A stretch of DNA of 64,000 bases. It comes from Scenedesmus sp. PABB004 (taxonomy: Eukaryota). The notes under the pieces were generated by a model that saw nothing but the letters and a program-made list of their open reading frames with translations, did not search any database and was not told where the DNA came from. Shown here one piece after another: positions 1 to 12,350 of the stretch. A program made the position numbers and the translations under genes. The DNA lies in NCBI GenBank assembly GCA_014905635.1, contig JABVCE010000033.1, forward strand, positions 186,001 through 250,000. Direction: 5' to 3'. The stretch's first letter is position 1. Each line of letters starts with the position of its first letter.

Positions 1-291
1 GTGCTGCCGCCGTCGGTGCCTGTCGGCGAGCGGCCGCAGCGGCGTCAGCAGCAGCGGCTGCCTCGGCGGGCGCCACGCGCGCCCATGCCAGCGCGCCCCC
101 CGGCGGCGCGGCGCACCTGCCGCCGCCGCCCGTCCGCCGAGCAGGCGCCTGCCCTTGCCGCAGGCGAGCCGCAGGCGCGCGAGCGGGGGGGGGGGGGCAC
201 CGCCGTGCTCCAAGCCCATCTCACAGGGCTCGCTGCACGCCCCCCGGGGCCCCGGTTGCACACGTCGTGAGAGGAGCAGCAGACGCTCCGC

Positions 292-921
292 TCAGCCTGG
301 GCGGCGGCGGGCGCGGCGTCTTGTGAGAGAGACGGCAGGCGGCAGCGGCGAGCGCGAGCGCCCCCGGCGGCGCGGCGCGGGCGCACCTGCCGCCGCCGCG
401 CCGCCGCCGCCGCCGCCGCCGCCGCCGTCGCCGCCCAGCGCGGGGGCGTGCGCGGGCACGCGCGCGAGCGCGTCGCCGTCGACCAGCACCGCGCCCGCGG
501 CGTCGCGGACGACCGTCGCAAACGCGACGCGCCCGCCCGACGCGCGCGAGACGGTCACCGTCGCGGTCACGGCCGCGCCGAGCGGCGCGGGGCGCCGGAA
601 CTTGAGGCTCTGGCCCAGGTAGAGCGCGCCCGGGAAGGCGGTGCCAATGAGGGCGGGGAAGAGGGAGGCGAGCAGCATGCCGGGCACGACCGGCGCCGCG
701 AGGCCCGCCGCGGCCGCCGCGGCGCGGTCGGCGTGGATCGGGTTGGCGTCGCCCGTCAGGGCGCCGAAGCCCGCCGCGTCGGCGGCGGAGAAGGCCCGCG
801 TGGTGCTCCAGGCCTGCCCCACGTGCAGCGCGCGCCGCTGCGCGCCAGGTGCCGGCGCTGCAGCGCCGGCGGGCGCGCGGCAGCTGCGCCGCCGCGCCAG
901 CGCCGCCGCAGCGCGCAGCAT
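292..921 (-). CDS. MaoC-like (hot-dog fold) 3-hydroxyacyl-thioester dehydratase, HTD2-like, probably mitochondrial
   Basis: Hydratase-2 motif FGALTGDANPIH...VPGMLLASLFPALIG..FPGALYLGQSLKFRRPA. Arg/Ala-rich presequence from ATG 921. Stop at 292-294 whether or not the likely intron 297-386 is spliced. Confidence 0.85.
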   Translation of the reverse strand: MLRAAAALARRRSCRAPAGAAAPAPGAQRRALHVGQAWSTTRAFSAADAAGFGALTGDANPIHADRAAAAAAGLAAPVVPGMLLASLFPALIGTAFPGALYLGQSLKFRRPAPLGAAVTATVTVSRASGGRVAFATVVRDAAGAVLVDGDALARVPAHAPALGGDGGGGGGGGGAAAAGAPAPRRRGRSRSPLPPAVSLTRRRARRRPG

Positions 922-1411
922 GCCGGGCGCCGCTGCAGTTGACACGCGGGCGAAGGCACTGGGCGACCCAGCAGCGGCGGCGGGGGAGCGACGCGGGCGC
1001 GCGCGCCGAGCGGCGGCGCCGGCAGCAGCGGCGGCGCCGGCGGAAGCAGCTGCGTCTGCCGCGCGGTGGTGCTGTGTTACAGAAGGCAGCTCCGCGCGCC
1101 GCTGGCGGAGACGAGGAGAGCTCCCCGGCGGCGGGCGGCCGCGGCGGCGCAGCCGGCGTGACGCGCGGCGCGGAGGTGTGAGCTCTCCGCGCGGCCTCCG
1201 ACGCTCCCAGGCCTCGGACCTGCCGCCTCCGCGAGCCGTCTCGGGACGCGTCCTATCTGCTCGTTCGTTCCAGCTTCGGCGTCCCGCGGTCGGCTGCCGG
1301 CGTCCCCCGTGCCTTGCGGACACCACCGGGGACCTCCCGGAACGCGCGTTCCACCTCTCGTCCGCGCCGCGCCGAGCCCCGGCTGCAGTCGGCCCCGCCC
1401 GGCCGCGCGGC

Positions 1412-3714
1412 ATGCCGGAGCAGCAGGCGGCCAGCGGCCAGGAGGCGCCGCGCATCCACCTGGTGGTGCTGCAGCACGGGCTGTGGGGCTCGCCCGACAA
1501 CGTGGGCCGCCTGCATGACTGGCTGGCCCAGCACCTGCCGGGCGCCCGCGGCAGCAGCGGCGGCGCAGACCCGGCCGCGCCCGCGGAGCAGTGGCGCCTG
1601 CTGAACAGCGACGTCAACGCGGGCCGCGCCACCTACGACGGCGTGGACGTCTGCGGCGTGCGGCTCGCGGGCCTGGTGCAGGAGGCGGTCGCCGCGCTCG
1701 CAGGGCAGGGCGCGCGCGTGACCAAGCTCTCCCTCATCGGCTACTCCCTGGGCGGCCTCATCGCCCGGTGAGGCCGCGCGCGCCGGGCGCACCGCCAGCC
1801 CGCCGCCCGGTTGCCCACCGCCCGGCCACGCGCCGCCGCGCGCCGGACAGCAGCAGCGTGCGCGGGGCAGCGGCGCCGCGCCGCGCTGCGGCGGCCGCCG
1901 CCACGCCCACGCTGACCCCTGCCGGCGCAGGTACGCGGCGGGCAAGCTCTACGTCGCGGGGCTGTTTGACTCGGTGGAGCCGGTCAACTTTATCACCATC
2001 GCGACGCCCCACCTCGGCTCGTTCAAGTGCGCTCAAACGACGCGCCGCCGGCGCCGCCGCCGCGCCCGCCGGCTCCCCGCCGCCGCCGCCACAGCTGCGC
2101 CCGGTCGCGTCGCTCACCCGCGCCCGCGCCCGCGCCCGCGCCGCCCGCCGCGCCCTGGACCCTCGGCGCAGGGACCCGACGAGCGTGTGGGCGCGCTTCT
2201 TCAACAGCCAGGTCCCCATCATTGCCAGCCGCACCGGCGCGCAGCTGATGCTGTCGGACGCCGACTACACCGTGCCCTGGCTGGACCAGCAGCAGGCGCT
2301 GCACGAGGCCGGCCGCGCGCGCGCGCGCGGCGGGCGCGGGGGCCGGCCGCCCGCGGCGCCGCCCGCGGCGCCCGACGGCGACGGCGTGCCGCCCATGCCT
2401 GGCGTGGCGCCCGGCGGCCCCGTGCCGCTGCTGCTGCTCATGGCCCACCCGCGCGGTGAGCCCCACACCCGCGCGCCGCGGGGCCCGCTGGCACGGCGCG
2501 CGCCCCTCCGCTCACGCACGTGCGCCGCTCGCGCGCGCGCGCTCACCCCGCCGCCGCCGCCGCCGCGCCGGCCAGGCCCGTTCCACCACGCGCTGGGTGC
2601 GTTCCGCATGCGCATCGCTGCGGCCAACATCCGGCACGACACGACCGTGCCCTACTGCACCGCCGCGCTGCGCACGGCAAACCCTTACGACGACGCGCCG
2701 CCGGCGCCGCTCGCGCCGTGCGGGCGCTTCCCCTCGGTCGTGCGCCCCGCGACGCGCGCCGAGGCGGCCGCGCGCGGCGGCGCCTTCCCCGCCGCCGCGG
2801 GCGGGCGGCTGCGGCTGTACATCCTCATGGCCTGCCTGCCGCTGCTGCCCCTGTGGCTGGTCTACCTCCACGTCAACGGCCTCGCCCACCGCCGCCGCGC
2901 GGCGCGGCGCACGCTCGACGTCGCCTGGCTGCACGCGTTTGCCGCGCGGCAGCAGGCGGAGCAGGCGCAGGCGGCCGTGGCCGCGGGGGCGGGGGAGGGC
3001 GCGGCGGCGGCCGGCGCCGGTGCAGCGGCGGACGGCGGCTCGCCGCCGCGCGCGCGGCCGACGCTCGCGGCGGGCGGCGCCGGCGGCGCGCCCGGGGCGC
3101 GCAGCGTGACGCGGCGCCGCGGCGCCGCGGCGGCGAGCTTCAGCACGTCCGCGTCGTGGTCGGACGAGGAGGCGGAGGCGGAGGCGCGGGACGCCGCGGA
3201 GCTGGCGCACGCGGGCCACGCGCTGCTGAGCGGCGACGAGGCGCGCGCTCTCGGCAGCAGCGCCGCCGCGGTGCGCGAGCACGAGGGCATGGTCGAGCGC
3301 CCCCTGGTGCTCCACGCGCAGCAGGCGTGGATGGTGGAGCAGCTGGTGGAGCGCCTGCCGCCCTGCTGGGTGCGGGACGTGGGCGCGGCCGGCGCGGGCG
3401 GCGCGGGCGGCGCCGCCGCGCCGCCGCCCGCCGACGACGACGCGAGCAGCCAGGACAGCCAGGGCAGCTGCAGCCGCGGCAGCAGCGGCGCCGGCGACGG
3501 CGCCGTGACCGTGGTCGGCAGCGCGAGCGGGGCCACCGGCGGCGCCGTCGCCGCGGCGGGCAAGGGCGGGGGCTGGAGCGAGGGCGGCTGGCACCGCGTG
3601 GACGTGTGGACGGGGCACCTGCACGCGCACGCGGCCATCGCGGTGCGCGACGCGCGCTACGAGACGCAGAGCCGTGACCATTTCCAGTACATCGCCGCGG
3701 TCATGGCGCTGTGA
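1412..3714 (+). CDS. DUF676 putative serine esterase/lipase (alpha/beta hydrolase), multi-exon
   Basis: HLVVLQHGLWG, nucleophile elbow IGYSLGGLIARY, NFITIATPHLG, ANIRHDTTVPYCTA, C-terminal HAHAAIAVR, one hydrophobic helix. GT-AG introns near 1768-1930, 2027-2171 and 2456-2575. Confidence 0.88.
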
Positions 3715-3849
3715 CGCGCCTCACGCACGCAGCGGACGGGGCGCGCCGGGCAGGCGGGCGCAGACGACGCGGGGGAGCGAGCGAGCGAGCAGGAGTTGTG
3801 CGGGGCGCCGCCGCCGTGCGGCGGGCCCTGAGGCTGAGCCCTGCTGCTG

Positions 3850-3854
3850 TGTAA
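3850..3854 (+). promoter_or_regulatory. Putative chlorophyte polyadenylation signal TGTAA for the DUF676 gene
   Basis: TGTAA about 135 nt after the stop at 3714 in otherwise AT-poor DNA. UGUAA is the established Chlamydomonas-type poly(A) signal. Confidence 0.45.
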
Positions 3855-4023
3855 CACGACGACAACAGACTCCGCAGCAACGCCCGCCCGCCCGCTGCGG
3901 CGCCGCCGCTTGCATCGCCCGACAACGCAGCCCCGCGCGTTCGCCGGCGCCGCGCGTGCGCGGGCCGCCGCCGCCGGCGCCGGCGCCGCCGCGGCGCGCG
4001 GCACGGCGCCGCGCCGGCGGCGC

Positions 4024-5501
4024 TCAGAGGATGCCCCACTTCATCTCCATGGCGTTTGTGATGCGCGCGAGCGCGTACGCGGCACTGAGCGAGTAGGCGC
4101 TGACCGCGACCTCCTCGTCCACGTAGCTCGCGTCGATCGCGCCGTGCGCAAACGCGCCGACCACAAACACGACCGGCACGCCCTCCGCCAGGTCGCTCTG
4201 CGCGCGGGCGCGGCGCGCGGCGCGCGGCGGCGGCGTGCGGCGGGCGGGCGGGCGGGCGTCGGCGGCGGCGAGCGGAGGGCCTGACCGCTGGGCGCCGGGC
4301 GCCGGGGCGCCGTGTGCGCTGCGCGCCGGCGGCGCGGTCGGCAGCGCGCCGCGGCGGCGGCGGCGCGCCTTGACAAAGTCGTGCATCGGCCGCAGGTTGG
4401 CCTGCACGCTGAAGCCGACGCGGCGCGCATTGGCGGGGAGGTACTTGGTCACGGGGCCCTTCACCACCTTGGTCACCGGTCGCCGACGGACGGGCGGGCG
4501 GGCAGGCGGGCGGGCGCGCGGGCGGGCGAGCGGTCAGCGCGGCGCGTGCGCGGGTGGGGCGGCGGGCAGCCGTGCGGTGCTCCTGCTCACCTTGAGCAGC
4601 TTGTCTGGCCCGTTGGTCGCGCGGATGCTGAGCTTCTGCAGCAGCTGGACCATGAGACCGCAGAAGCGCTTGAAGGTGCGGGGGATGCGGACCTTGGGGT
4701 TGACCTGAGCGCGCGCAGCAGGCGCCAGGCGGGGGAGCGCTCGGCGGCCGGCGAGTGCGCGCTGCGCCTGCTGCCGCGTCTGCTGCCGTGCCTGCTGCCG
4801 CGCCTGCTGTGCCAGCTGCGCCCGCTGGCCCGCCTGCTGCGCCCGCTGGCCCGCCTGCTGCGGCTGCTGGCCCGCCTGCTGCTGCGCCTGCCGCACCTGT
4901 ATGAGCACGTTGCGGCACGTGTGGATGTAGATGCCCTGCGATTGGGGGCGACGGCGCGGCGGGGGTCGCTGGCGAGACCTGACGCGGGTGCAGCTCGCGG
5001 CGTGGCGCCGCTGGCCAGGCGGGCCCGCCACGTGTCGCGCCCCCGCCGCTGCACCTTGACCTTGCCGGCCTTGTTCAGCGGGCTGTCCAGGATCATCAGC
5101 AGCGCCTGCGCGCGCGGCGCGGCGCGGCGCGTCGGCGGGCGGCGGCCGCGCGCTGCCGCCCGCGCCGCGCGCCGCCGCCGCCGCCCGGCGCGCGGCGCGC
5201 GGCGCGCGCCTGGTGCGTGATGTCTGGCCGGAAGAGCGCCGGATCCTTCTTGTGCTTCAGCAGGTAGGTGGCGTGGTCGTCGCAGTTGAGCAGCTGGTAC
5301 GTCTGCAGGGGGCGGGCGCGGCTGCCGAGTCGGCGGCGCCCCGCGCGCGGCGGCGGCGGCGCGCTCAGCTGGCGGGCGCACCTTGCCGACTTGCGCCGCC
5401 TCCAGCTGCGCGCTCTCCAGCACGAAGATCACCTCCCGCGCCGCGTCGGCCTCGCGCGCGGCCTCGTCCGCCTCGGCGGGCGGCGCGAGGCCGCCCACCA
5501 T
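4024..5501 (-). CDS. EMG1: 18S rRNA pseudouridine N1-methyltransferase EMG1/NEP1 (SPOUT family)
   Basis: Spliced: [104 protein letters not shown]. Confidence 0.96.
4765..4895. repeat. Degenerate CTGCTG-based 12-21 bp tandem repeat inside EMG1 intron 4705-4896
   Basis: ctgctgccgcgt/ctgctgccgtgc/ctgctgccgcgc followed by (ctgctgcgcccgctggcccgc)-like units. Confidence 0.75.
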
Positions 5502-5978
5502 CGCAGCGGCGGCCGCGGCTGCCGCTGGCGCGGCGCGCGGCTGCCGGAGCGCGGGCGAGAGGCGCGGCGCGCTCCCGGGCCAAAGACAACGGCCCTGACG
5601 CGACGCGACGGCGGCGCTGGGGCGCTGGGGCCTGCGCGGCGCGCTGCGGGCGCGTCGGGCGCTGGTCGCTGCTGCCGCCGCTCGCGCGACGCCGCTGGTG
5701 GGCGGGGGCTGCGTCTGACCACCGGGGCGTGACGGGCGGACTGCGAGCGAGAGGTGGACGCCGCGAGACCTCAGCGCCGCCGCAGCCCGGGTTCAGGTCA
5801 CGCAACGCGAACGCAGCGAGCGCCGCGCCGCCTCCCCGCCGCCCGGCACAGCGCCGCCCGCCCCGCCCCACACTGCACCCGCTCCATGGACCCGCCCTGC
5901 GCGCTCCGCAAGTGACCAGCGCCGCAAGCGACCAGCGCCGCCGCCACAGCAGCGCGCCGCGCCGAGCGCCGCGTTCAG

Positions 5979-6883
5979 ATGGGGCCGACGGCTGCCGCCA
6001 AGGCGCGCTCGCCGGCGGCCCGGAGTGCCAAAGCCGCTGCCAAGTCGTCGCCGGGCGGGCGGCGCGACACCGCGCCCGCGGCAGACACAGCGAAGCGGGC
6101 CGCGCCGCGCAGCAAGCAGCAGAAGCAGGCGCCGCCGGCGTCGCCGCCGAGCGGCGGCCGGCCCAAGCGCGTGCTCAGGCAGCAACAGGAGCAGCAGCAG
6201 CAGGAGCAGACGCCGGCCAAGAAGCCCGCCGCGGCGCGCGGCCGCTCGCCGGCGCCGCAGCGCCCCGCCGCGCCCACGCCGCGCAAGGCGGCGGCGGGCC
6301 GCGGCCGCGGCGCGCTGCAGCCGCTCGGCTCGCCGGCGGCGGCGGCCGGCTCCGGCGGCCCGGGCGCGCTCAAGACGCACCAGCGCCGCCGCAGCTCCGC
6401 GGCCGCCGCCGCCGCAACGACGCCGGCGGCCGCCGCGCCGCCGCCGCCGCGCGCCCGCGACGGCGGCGCGGCCGGCGCCAAGACGGCGCCCGCGGCGCTG
6501 GGCGGCGCCAAGCGCCGCGCGCGCACCGGCGACGACGACGCCGCGGCGCCGGCGGGCGCGGCCGCGCCGGCGGCGGCCGACGTCGCCAGCCCCGGCGCCC
6601 CCGGCAGCGCGCGCAAGCGCCGCCGCGCGACGATGCCGGCAGGCGCGCCGCACGTGGACGCGGCCGAGGCGAAGTACTGGCGTGACGTCGAGCAGGTGGG
6701 CTGGCGGCGGCGAGCGGCGGCGAGCTGCAGCGGCGCGCGTGCCGCTCTGACTGACCGCTGGCGGCGCTCGCGGCGCTGTCGCTGCCCCCACAGGAGGAGC
6801 TGCTGGTTGAGGACGACAACGGCAGCAGCGAGGAGGGCGGCGCCGACAACGCCGGCAGCGACAGCGACGACGCCGACAGCTGA
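5979..6883 (+). CDS. Disordered basic protein with Sororin-like C-terminal motif (candidate cohesin regulator), 2 exons
   Basis: Exon 1 5979-6695, GT-AG intron 6696-6793, exon 2 6794-6883 give ...EAKYWRDVEQ|EELLVEDDNGSSEE...DS*. Many SP/TP sites, RGALQPL and LKTHQRRR motifs. Confidence 0.65.
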
Positions 6884-7021
6884 CGCGCTGGCGCGCGCTG
6901 CGCTGGGCGGGCGGGGGCGGCGCGCGTGATCGGTGCGGGCGCGTCGGCCGCCGCGGCGAGGAGGCAACCGGTGTTGACCGCGCATCGCCCGCCGCCGTCC
7001 CGCGCTCTGGCCGGCGCTCGC

Positions 7022-8160
7022 TCAGCCGCCCTGCTTGACGTACACGAGCAAAAAGTTGTTGGCCGGCATCCGCACGCAGCTGCAGCCCGCCGCCGGCACG
7101 AGCCCCGCAGCCGTTGCCGCCGCTGAGATGTCTGCGACGTCGCGGTAGCCCCACTCCGGGTCCTGGGCCCGGAGCGTCTCGTCGAACGACCGATTGCTCT
7201 CTGTCGTGAAGCCGCCGTCGACCTGCGGGGCGCCGGCGCCGGGGTCTCGGGCGCCGCGGCCAGCCTGGTTGCCCAGGGCAGCTGGCAGGGCAACTTGCCC
7301 TGCCGCCAGCGCCTCGCCGCCGGTCCCTGGCCACCACCCCCCGCGGCGGGCTGCGCTCCGCCTCCCCGGCGCGGCGCCGCGGCAGCCCAAGGGCGGCGCA
7401 CCTTGAACGGTCCGTAGATGAGGAGTCGCCCGCCCGCGCGCAGCAGGCGCCCCGCGCCGGCGACGAGGCCGAGCGTCACGCGCCAGGGCGAGATGTGCGT
7501 GAGGTTGCACGCGAGCACCGCGGCGCACGACGCCGGCGCGCGCAGCGGCCACGTCTCGGGCGGCGCGGCCGCGTCGAGCACGAGCGGCGGCAGCACGTTG
7601 GGCAGGGCGGCGGCGTAGCCGGCGATGCTGGCAAACAGCTCGGACGTCACGTCGCTCGGCTGCCAGCGCAGCGCGGGCGAGAGCCCGGCCGCAAAATGTG
7701 CGACGTGCTGCCCCGTGCCGGACGCGACCTCGAGCACCAGCCCCTCCGCGTCGGGCGGCAGCTGGCGGCGCAGCTCCTCCAGGATGGGCTGCTTGTTGCG
7801 CTCTGTGCCTCGAGCCAGCGGGGCGGCGGCGGAGCGCGGGGGCCGGTGACGTGCAGCAGCGTGCGCGCCCGCTGCTGCTGCTGCCGCTGCCAGCCGCGGG
7901 CGGGCTGGCGCGAGCACAATGATCATGAGCCAGGACTGCTGCTTCCGAAACCGGCTGCGCAGCGGCTCTGCGCGCCCACCTGCGCTGGGCGAGACCACGG
8001 TCTGCGCCGCGGCGTCGCCGCCTCGCTGCCACGCGTCCCACCCGTAGCCCCCCGCGGACGCCATGCTGATCGGCGCGAGGCGAAGTGAGCCGACAACGCG
8101 CAACGAGCGGCGTGCGGCGAGGCGCCCGGCGGTGGCGGCGCGCTGCGGCAGCAGCAGCAT
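7022..8160 (-). CDS. DUF938 / METTL26-like SAM-dependent methyltransferase
   Basis: ERNKQPILEEL, VLEVASGTGQH, WQPSD, NLTHISPW, LLIYGPFK|VDGGFTTESNRSFDETLR..DPEWGYRD, MPANN. Start at 8160 (transit-like) or 8064. Confidence 0.9.
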
Positions 8161-8467
8161 CGACCGTTGGCCGCGTGCGGGCAGGCGGCTGGCGAATCGC
8201 GCCGTCCGTTATTGCTGCGCCTCCTCGCACGTCCGGATCGCAGCCCCGTCGCCAGACCCCGCCGCCGCGCCCTCGACCCCGCCGCCCGCCCGCCTCCCGA
8301 CTCCGAGCGTCCGCCGTGCCGCACTGCCCGTCCGCCGCCGAAGCAAAATGGGCCGGGCGCGCCGCCACGGCCTCGGCGCCCGCCGCGGCGGCCCCGCCTG
8401 TCCGCGCCGCCGTGCTCGCGCCGCCCACGCCACCTGGTAGGCTCGCCGCCGGCCGCCTCAGCTGGGC

Positions 8468-11400
8468 TCAGGCTTTCCGGCGGCTCTTCTTGCCGCCGAC
8501 CTGCTGGAAGCCGTCCGCCGGCGGCATCTTGGCGGCCTCCGCGGCCGACGCGGGCCGCGGGCGCGGCGGCGCGGGCGCGGCGGCCGGCGCGGCCGGCGCG
8601 GTGGGCGCGCCGTTGCTCGCGGGCGCGGGGCCGACCGGCCCCGGCGCGCCCGCGGGCGCCGGCGGCGGCGTGATCGGGCCGAGCCCGCCGCCGCCGCCGG
8701 CCGGCGGCCGGCCGCCGCCGGGCGGGCCGAACGCGCCGGGCGCGGGCACGGGCGGCGCGCCGCCGGGCGCGTAGGGCCCCGTCGGCGGCCCGCCCGCGCC
8801 GCCGGCGGGCGCCTGGCCGCGCACGGCGGCCATGGCGAGCTCGTACTGGCCCCGGATGTGTGACATCATGTCCTCGACCTCGTACGCCGCGGTCGACAGT
8901 GCCGCCTGCTGCTCGGGCGTGAACGCGGGGAACCTGCCGCGCGGCGCGCGTGAGGGAGGGAGAGGGGGGGGGGGAGGCAGGCGGGTGAGCGAGCGAGCGA
9001 GCGGGAACGGGAGCGAGGGCCGGCGCGGGCGCGGCGGGCGGCGCGGGCGGCGCGGGCGCGGCGGGCGGCGCCCCCTCTCGCTCTCGTTCTTGCTCGAGTG
9101 AGAACGCGAGCGCGAGTCGTCGCTGGAGCAAGAACGAGAGCGCGGGAGGGAGCGGGCGCGGCGGGCGGCGCGGGCGGCGTGGCGCACCTGCCGCGCATGC
9201 CCTCCAGCGCGCTCGTCGCGCCGGCGAGCATCTCCTCGCAGTGCTTCACCGTCTCCGCCAGCATGCGCTCCGAGTCGTCGCGCTGCTTCGCGCTGCGCTC
9301 CTTGTTGGGCCCGCCCAGGCTGCCCAGCTTCTCAGCCTGGGGGAAGGGGGGCGGCATGCGGCGCATGGGCAGAGGCTGAGCGCGCGCGCACGCGTGCCTG
9401 TGCGCCGCCGCGGCCGGCCGGCTGCGCGCCGCGGCAGCTGGCCGCACCTGCGCGATGCGCTGCCTGCAAAACACCACCTTGCTCGGCACGTCGGCAAGGC
9501 TGCTGCTGGACATCTGCAGCAGGTTGCGCACGCTCGCCATGTAGGCCTGGCGCGGGCGGGGCACGTTGGCAGCCAGCGGCGGCAGCGCCCGGGCGCGCGG
9601 CAGCGGGCGGCCGCACGCGCGCGAGCCGCCCAGCCGGCGCGCGCGGGGGCCCGGCGCGCACCTGCGCCGCGTCGCCGTGCTCCTCCTGCGCCGCCGCGAG
9701 CTGGCCCGCACCCACCGACACGCTGCTGGGGTCCACGAGCGCCAGCAGGCTGTCAGTGGCGGCGAGCTCGTTGTTGTAGTGCTGCGCGCTCAGGCCCTGC
9801 GCCGCACGGGCGCGCGTGCGCGCGGGTGAGGGCACGCGGGCGCGGCACGCGGGCGCGCTGCGCGTGCTGCATGGCGCGGGCGCGAGCGCCATGCTCACCG
9901 AGACCTTGCGGCCGGACGCCGAGTGCAGCGCCTCGAGCGCCGCCGCCTGGCGCTGCTGCAGGCGCACGCGCTTGTCCTCCACCTCGGCCGCCTGGCCGCG
10001 CAGCTGCGCCAGCTGGCTCTCAAGCTGCCGGATCTGCGCAGACAGCGGCGGCGGCAGTGGCGGCGGCGGCGGCAGTGGGCGGCCGCCGAGCCGCGCGCGG
10101 CGCGGCCGCGGCGCCGCGCCGCGTGCGCCCAGGCGCTGTGCGCGCCTGGCCGTTGATCTCGGACGCCTGCGCCGCCAGCACGCCCTCCTCGCGGCGCAGC
10201 GCCGCGACCGCCTGCGCGCGCTGCGCCTCCTTGGACCCGGCCGCGCCCTTGACGCTCTCCTCGATGGACCGCGCCTCCTGCGCGGCGCGGCGCGGCGCTC
10301 GCGGCGCTCGCGGCGCGCCACGCCCGGCCCGCCGCCGCCGGGCGCGGCCGAGCGCTGGGCGCCGTCCAGCCGGCAAGAGGCGCGCGTCGTGCCGGCCCCC
10401 TGCGCCGGCCGCTCCCTCCCGCACCTGGAGGTGGTTGCTGATGATGCCCTTCAGCTCCTCGAGCGCGCGCACCGTCGCGCCGCCGGCGCCGGCGCGCGCC
10501 GCCGCGGCGCCCGCGCCGCCACCGGGGCGCAGCAGGTCGAACTTGGTGCCGTAGAGCTTGGCCAGCTCGCGCGCCGAGTCGACGTGCGCCCTGCGGGCGT
10601 GAATGTGTGTGTGAGTGTGAGCGTGAGTATGTGTGGTTGGGTGGGAGGGGCACGGCGCACCGCGGCTCAGCCCGCTGGCGCGCACGCAGCGCCGCCGCCG
10701 CAGCTGTCGCGCCGCGCACTTGGTGATGCCGGAGCTCTGCCCCGTCACGCGCGGCTTGGTGGGGTCGGCCGGCACCAGCAGCTTCTCCACACTGGCGAGG
10801 AAGCCGTGCGCCTTGGCGGCGTCGCGGTCGATGGCCGCGAGGCGCTCCTGCGTGCGCGGCGCGGCGCGCGGCAGGGGTCGGCGGAGCGCCAGCGGAGCGC
10901 CACACATGCCAACCGCGCCCGCGCGCGCGTCCTGCGAGCGCGAGCGCGAGCGCCGCGCCGCACCTGCAGGCTCGCGGGCTTGGCGGTCGCGTGCGCGGCG
11001 CCGTCGCGGCCGGCCTTGAGCGTGGCGACGACGTTGTGCACCGCGCGCTGCGCGGCGCCGATGGTGTCGAAGCTCTGCGTGTCCTCCGCGAGCAGCTGCG
11101 CGAGGCGTGTCACCGCCGACGCGAGCGCGGCGGGGTCGACGCGCGGGATGAACGCGGCGACCAGCTGCTGCAGGTTGGCCGCCTGCTCCGCCGTGAGCGC
11201 CGACGTCACGCAGCCCTCGACGGTGATCTCGAGCGCGCGGCTGCGCAGCATGAGCTGCGCGCGGCATGCGGCGCCGGGCGGGGCGCGCGCGCTCGGCGCC
11301 GGCGGCGGCGCGGGCGGCCCGCCAGCGCGCACACGCGTGTCCTGCGAGCGCGCGTCCTGCGAGCGGTGCGCGCACCTCCTTGAACTGGATGAGGCTCCCG

Positions 11401-11679
11401 TCGTCGGCGCGGTACTTCAGGGCCTTGCCGCCGCGGTCGCCCGCCTGCGGTGCCCGCGCGCGTGCGCGTTGGCTGGGCGCGTGGGCTGTGCGCGTCGCCG
11501 GGCCGGGCGGGCAGGGCGGGCGGGGCGCGGGCGCAGGCGCGCGCGCCGCGCCTGCTTGACCCAGTCCTTCCAGAGCTTGATGCGGTCGCCGCCCGACTTG
11601 AACGTGCGCGCGCTCTTCTCCAGCACCGCGCACGCCTCGCCCTGCTCGACGACGACGCTGCCCTCGGCGGCGGGCGCCT

Positions 11680-11710
<31 letters not shown>

Positions 11711-11854
11711 GGGCGCGCCGCCGTCGGAGCCGCCCGGCGCGGCGTCGCCGTCGGCCTTGGCCTTGGGCTTGTTCTTCTTCTTCTTCTTGGCGGCGTTGAG
11801 GTTGACCTGCCCCGCCTGGTTCAGCAGGTCGAACGCGTTGAGCGTGGACGCCAT
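8468..11854 (-). CDS. Uncharacterised coiled-coil protein, about 10 or more exons, Pro-rich C-terminal region
   Basis: Consistent exon chain from MASTLNAFDLLN..KKKKKNKPK through helical segments (EQAANLQQLVAAF, QIRQLESQLAQLRGQAAEVEDKR) to ..DGFQQVGGKKSRRKA*. No family recognised. Confidence 0.75.
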
Positions 11855-12350
11855 GGCGCCGAGAGCTCACTGGCGGGTGATGGGATGCGCCTGCTGCTGC
11901 TGCCGCCGACACGCGCGCCGGGGACCCGATCCGCGGACCGGAGCGTGCGGTCAGGGGCGAGACCTCGGACCAGGGCCTCCGCAGCCGCGCGCGCGCTGCC
12001 CTGGGCACGCAGGGGCCGGCAACAGCAGCGAAGGTTGGGTTCGTCGGTTGGGTCACGAGGGCGGTCCAGTCGGCGGTCGGGAGGCGCGGGTGTGCCGCGG
12101 GGACCACGGGAGCGGCAGCGGGAGCGGACGCGCAGGCCGAGAGAGACCAGGGCGCGGGCTCAACCGAGCCGGGGCTTCCGGGCCGCTCCCCTCGCGGTGG
12201 CGGACGCCCGCGTCCCGCGCAGACGAGCCGCCGCAGTGCTCCAGAGCGGACGCCCGGACCGGCGCCGCCAGCAGCCGCGCAAGGCACCGCGCCGCGGCAG
12301 CAGCGGCCAGCGCGTCGGGCGCAGCGGGCCGCGGCGGCGGCGGCGGGCCA

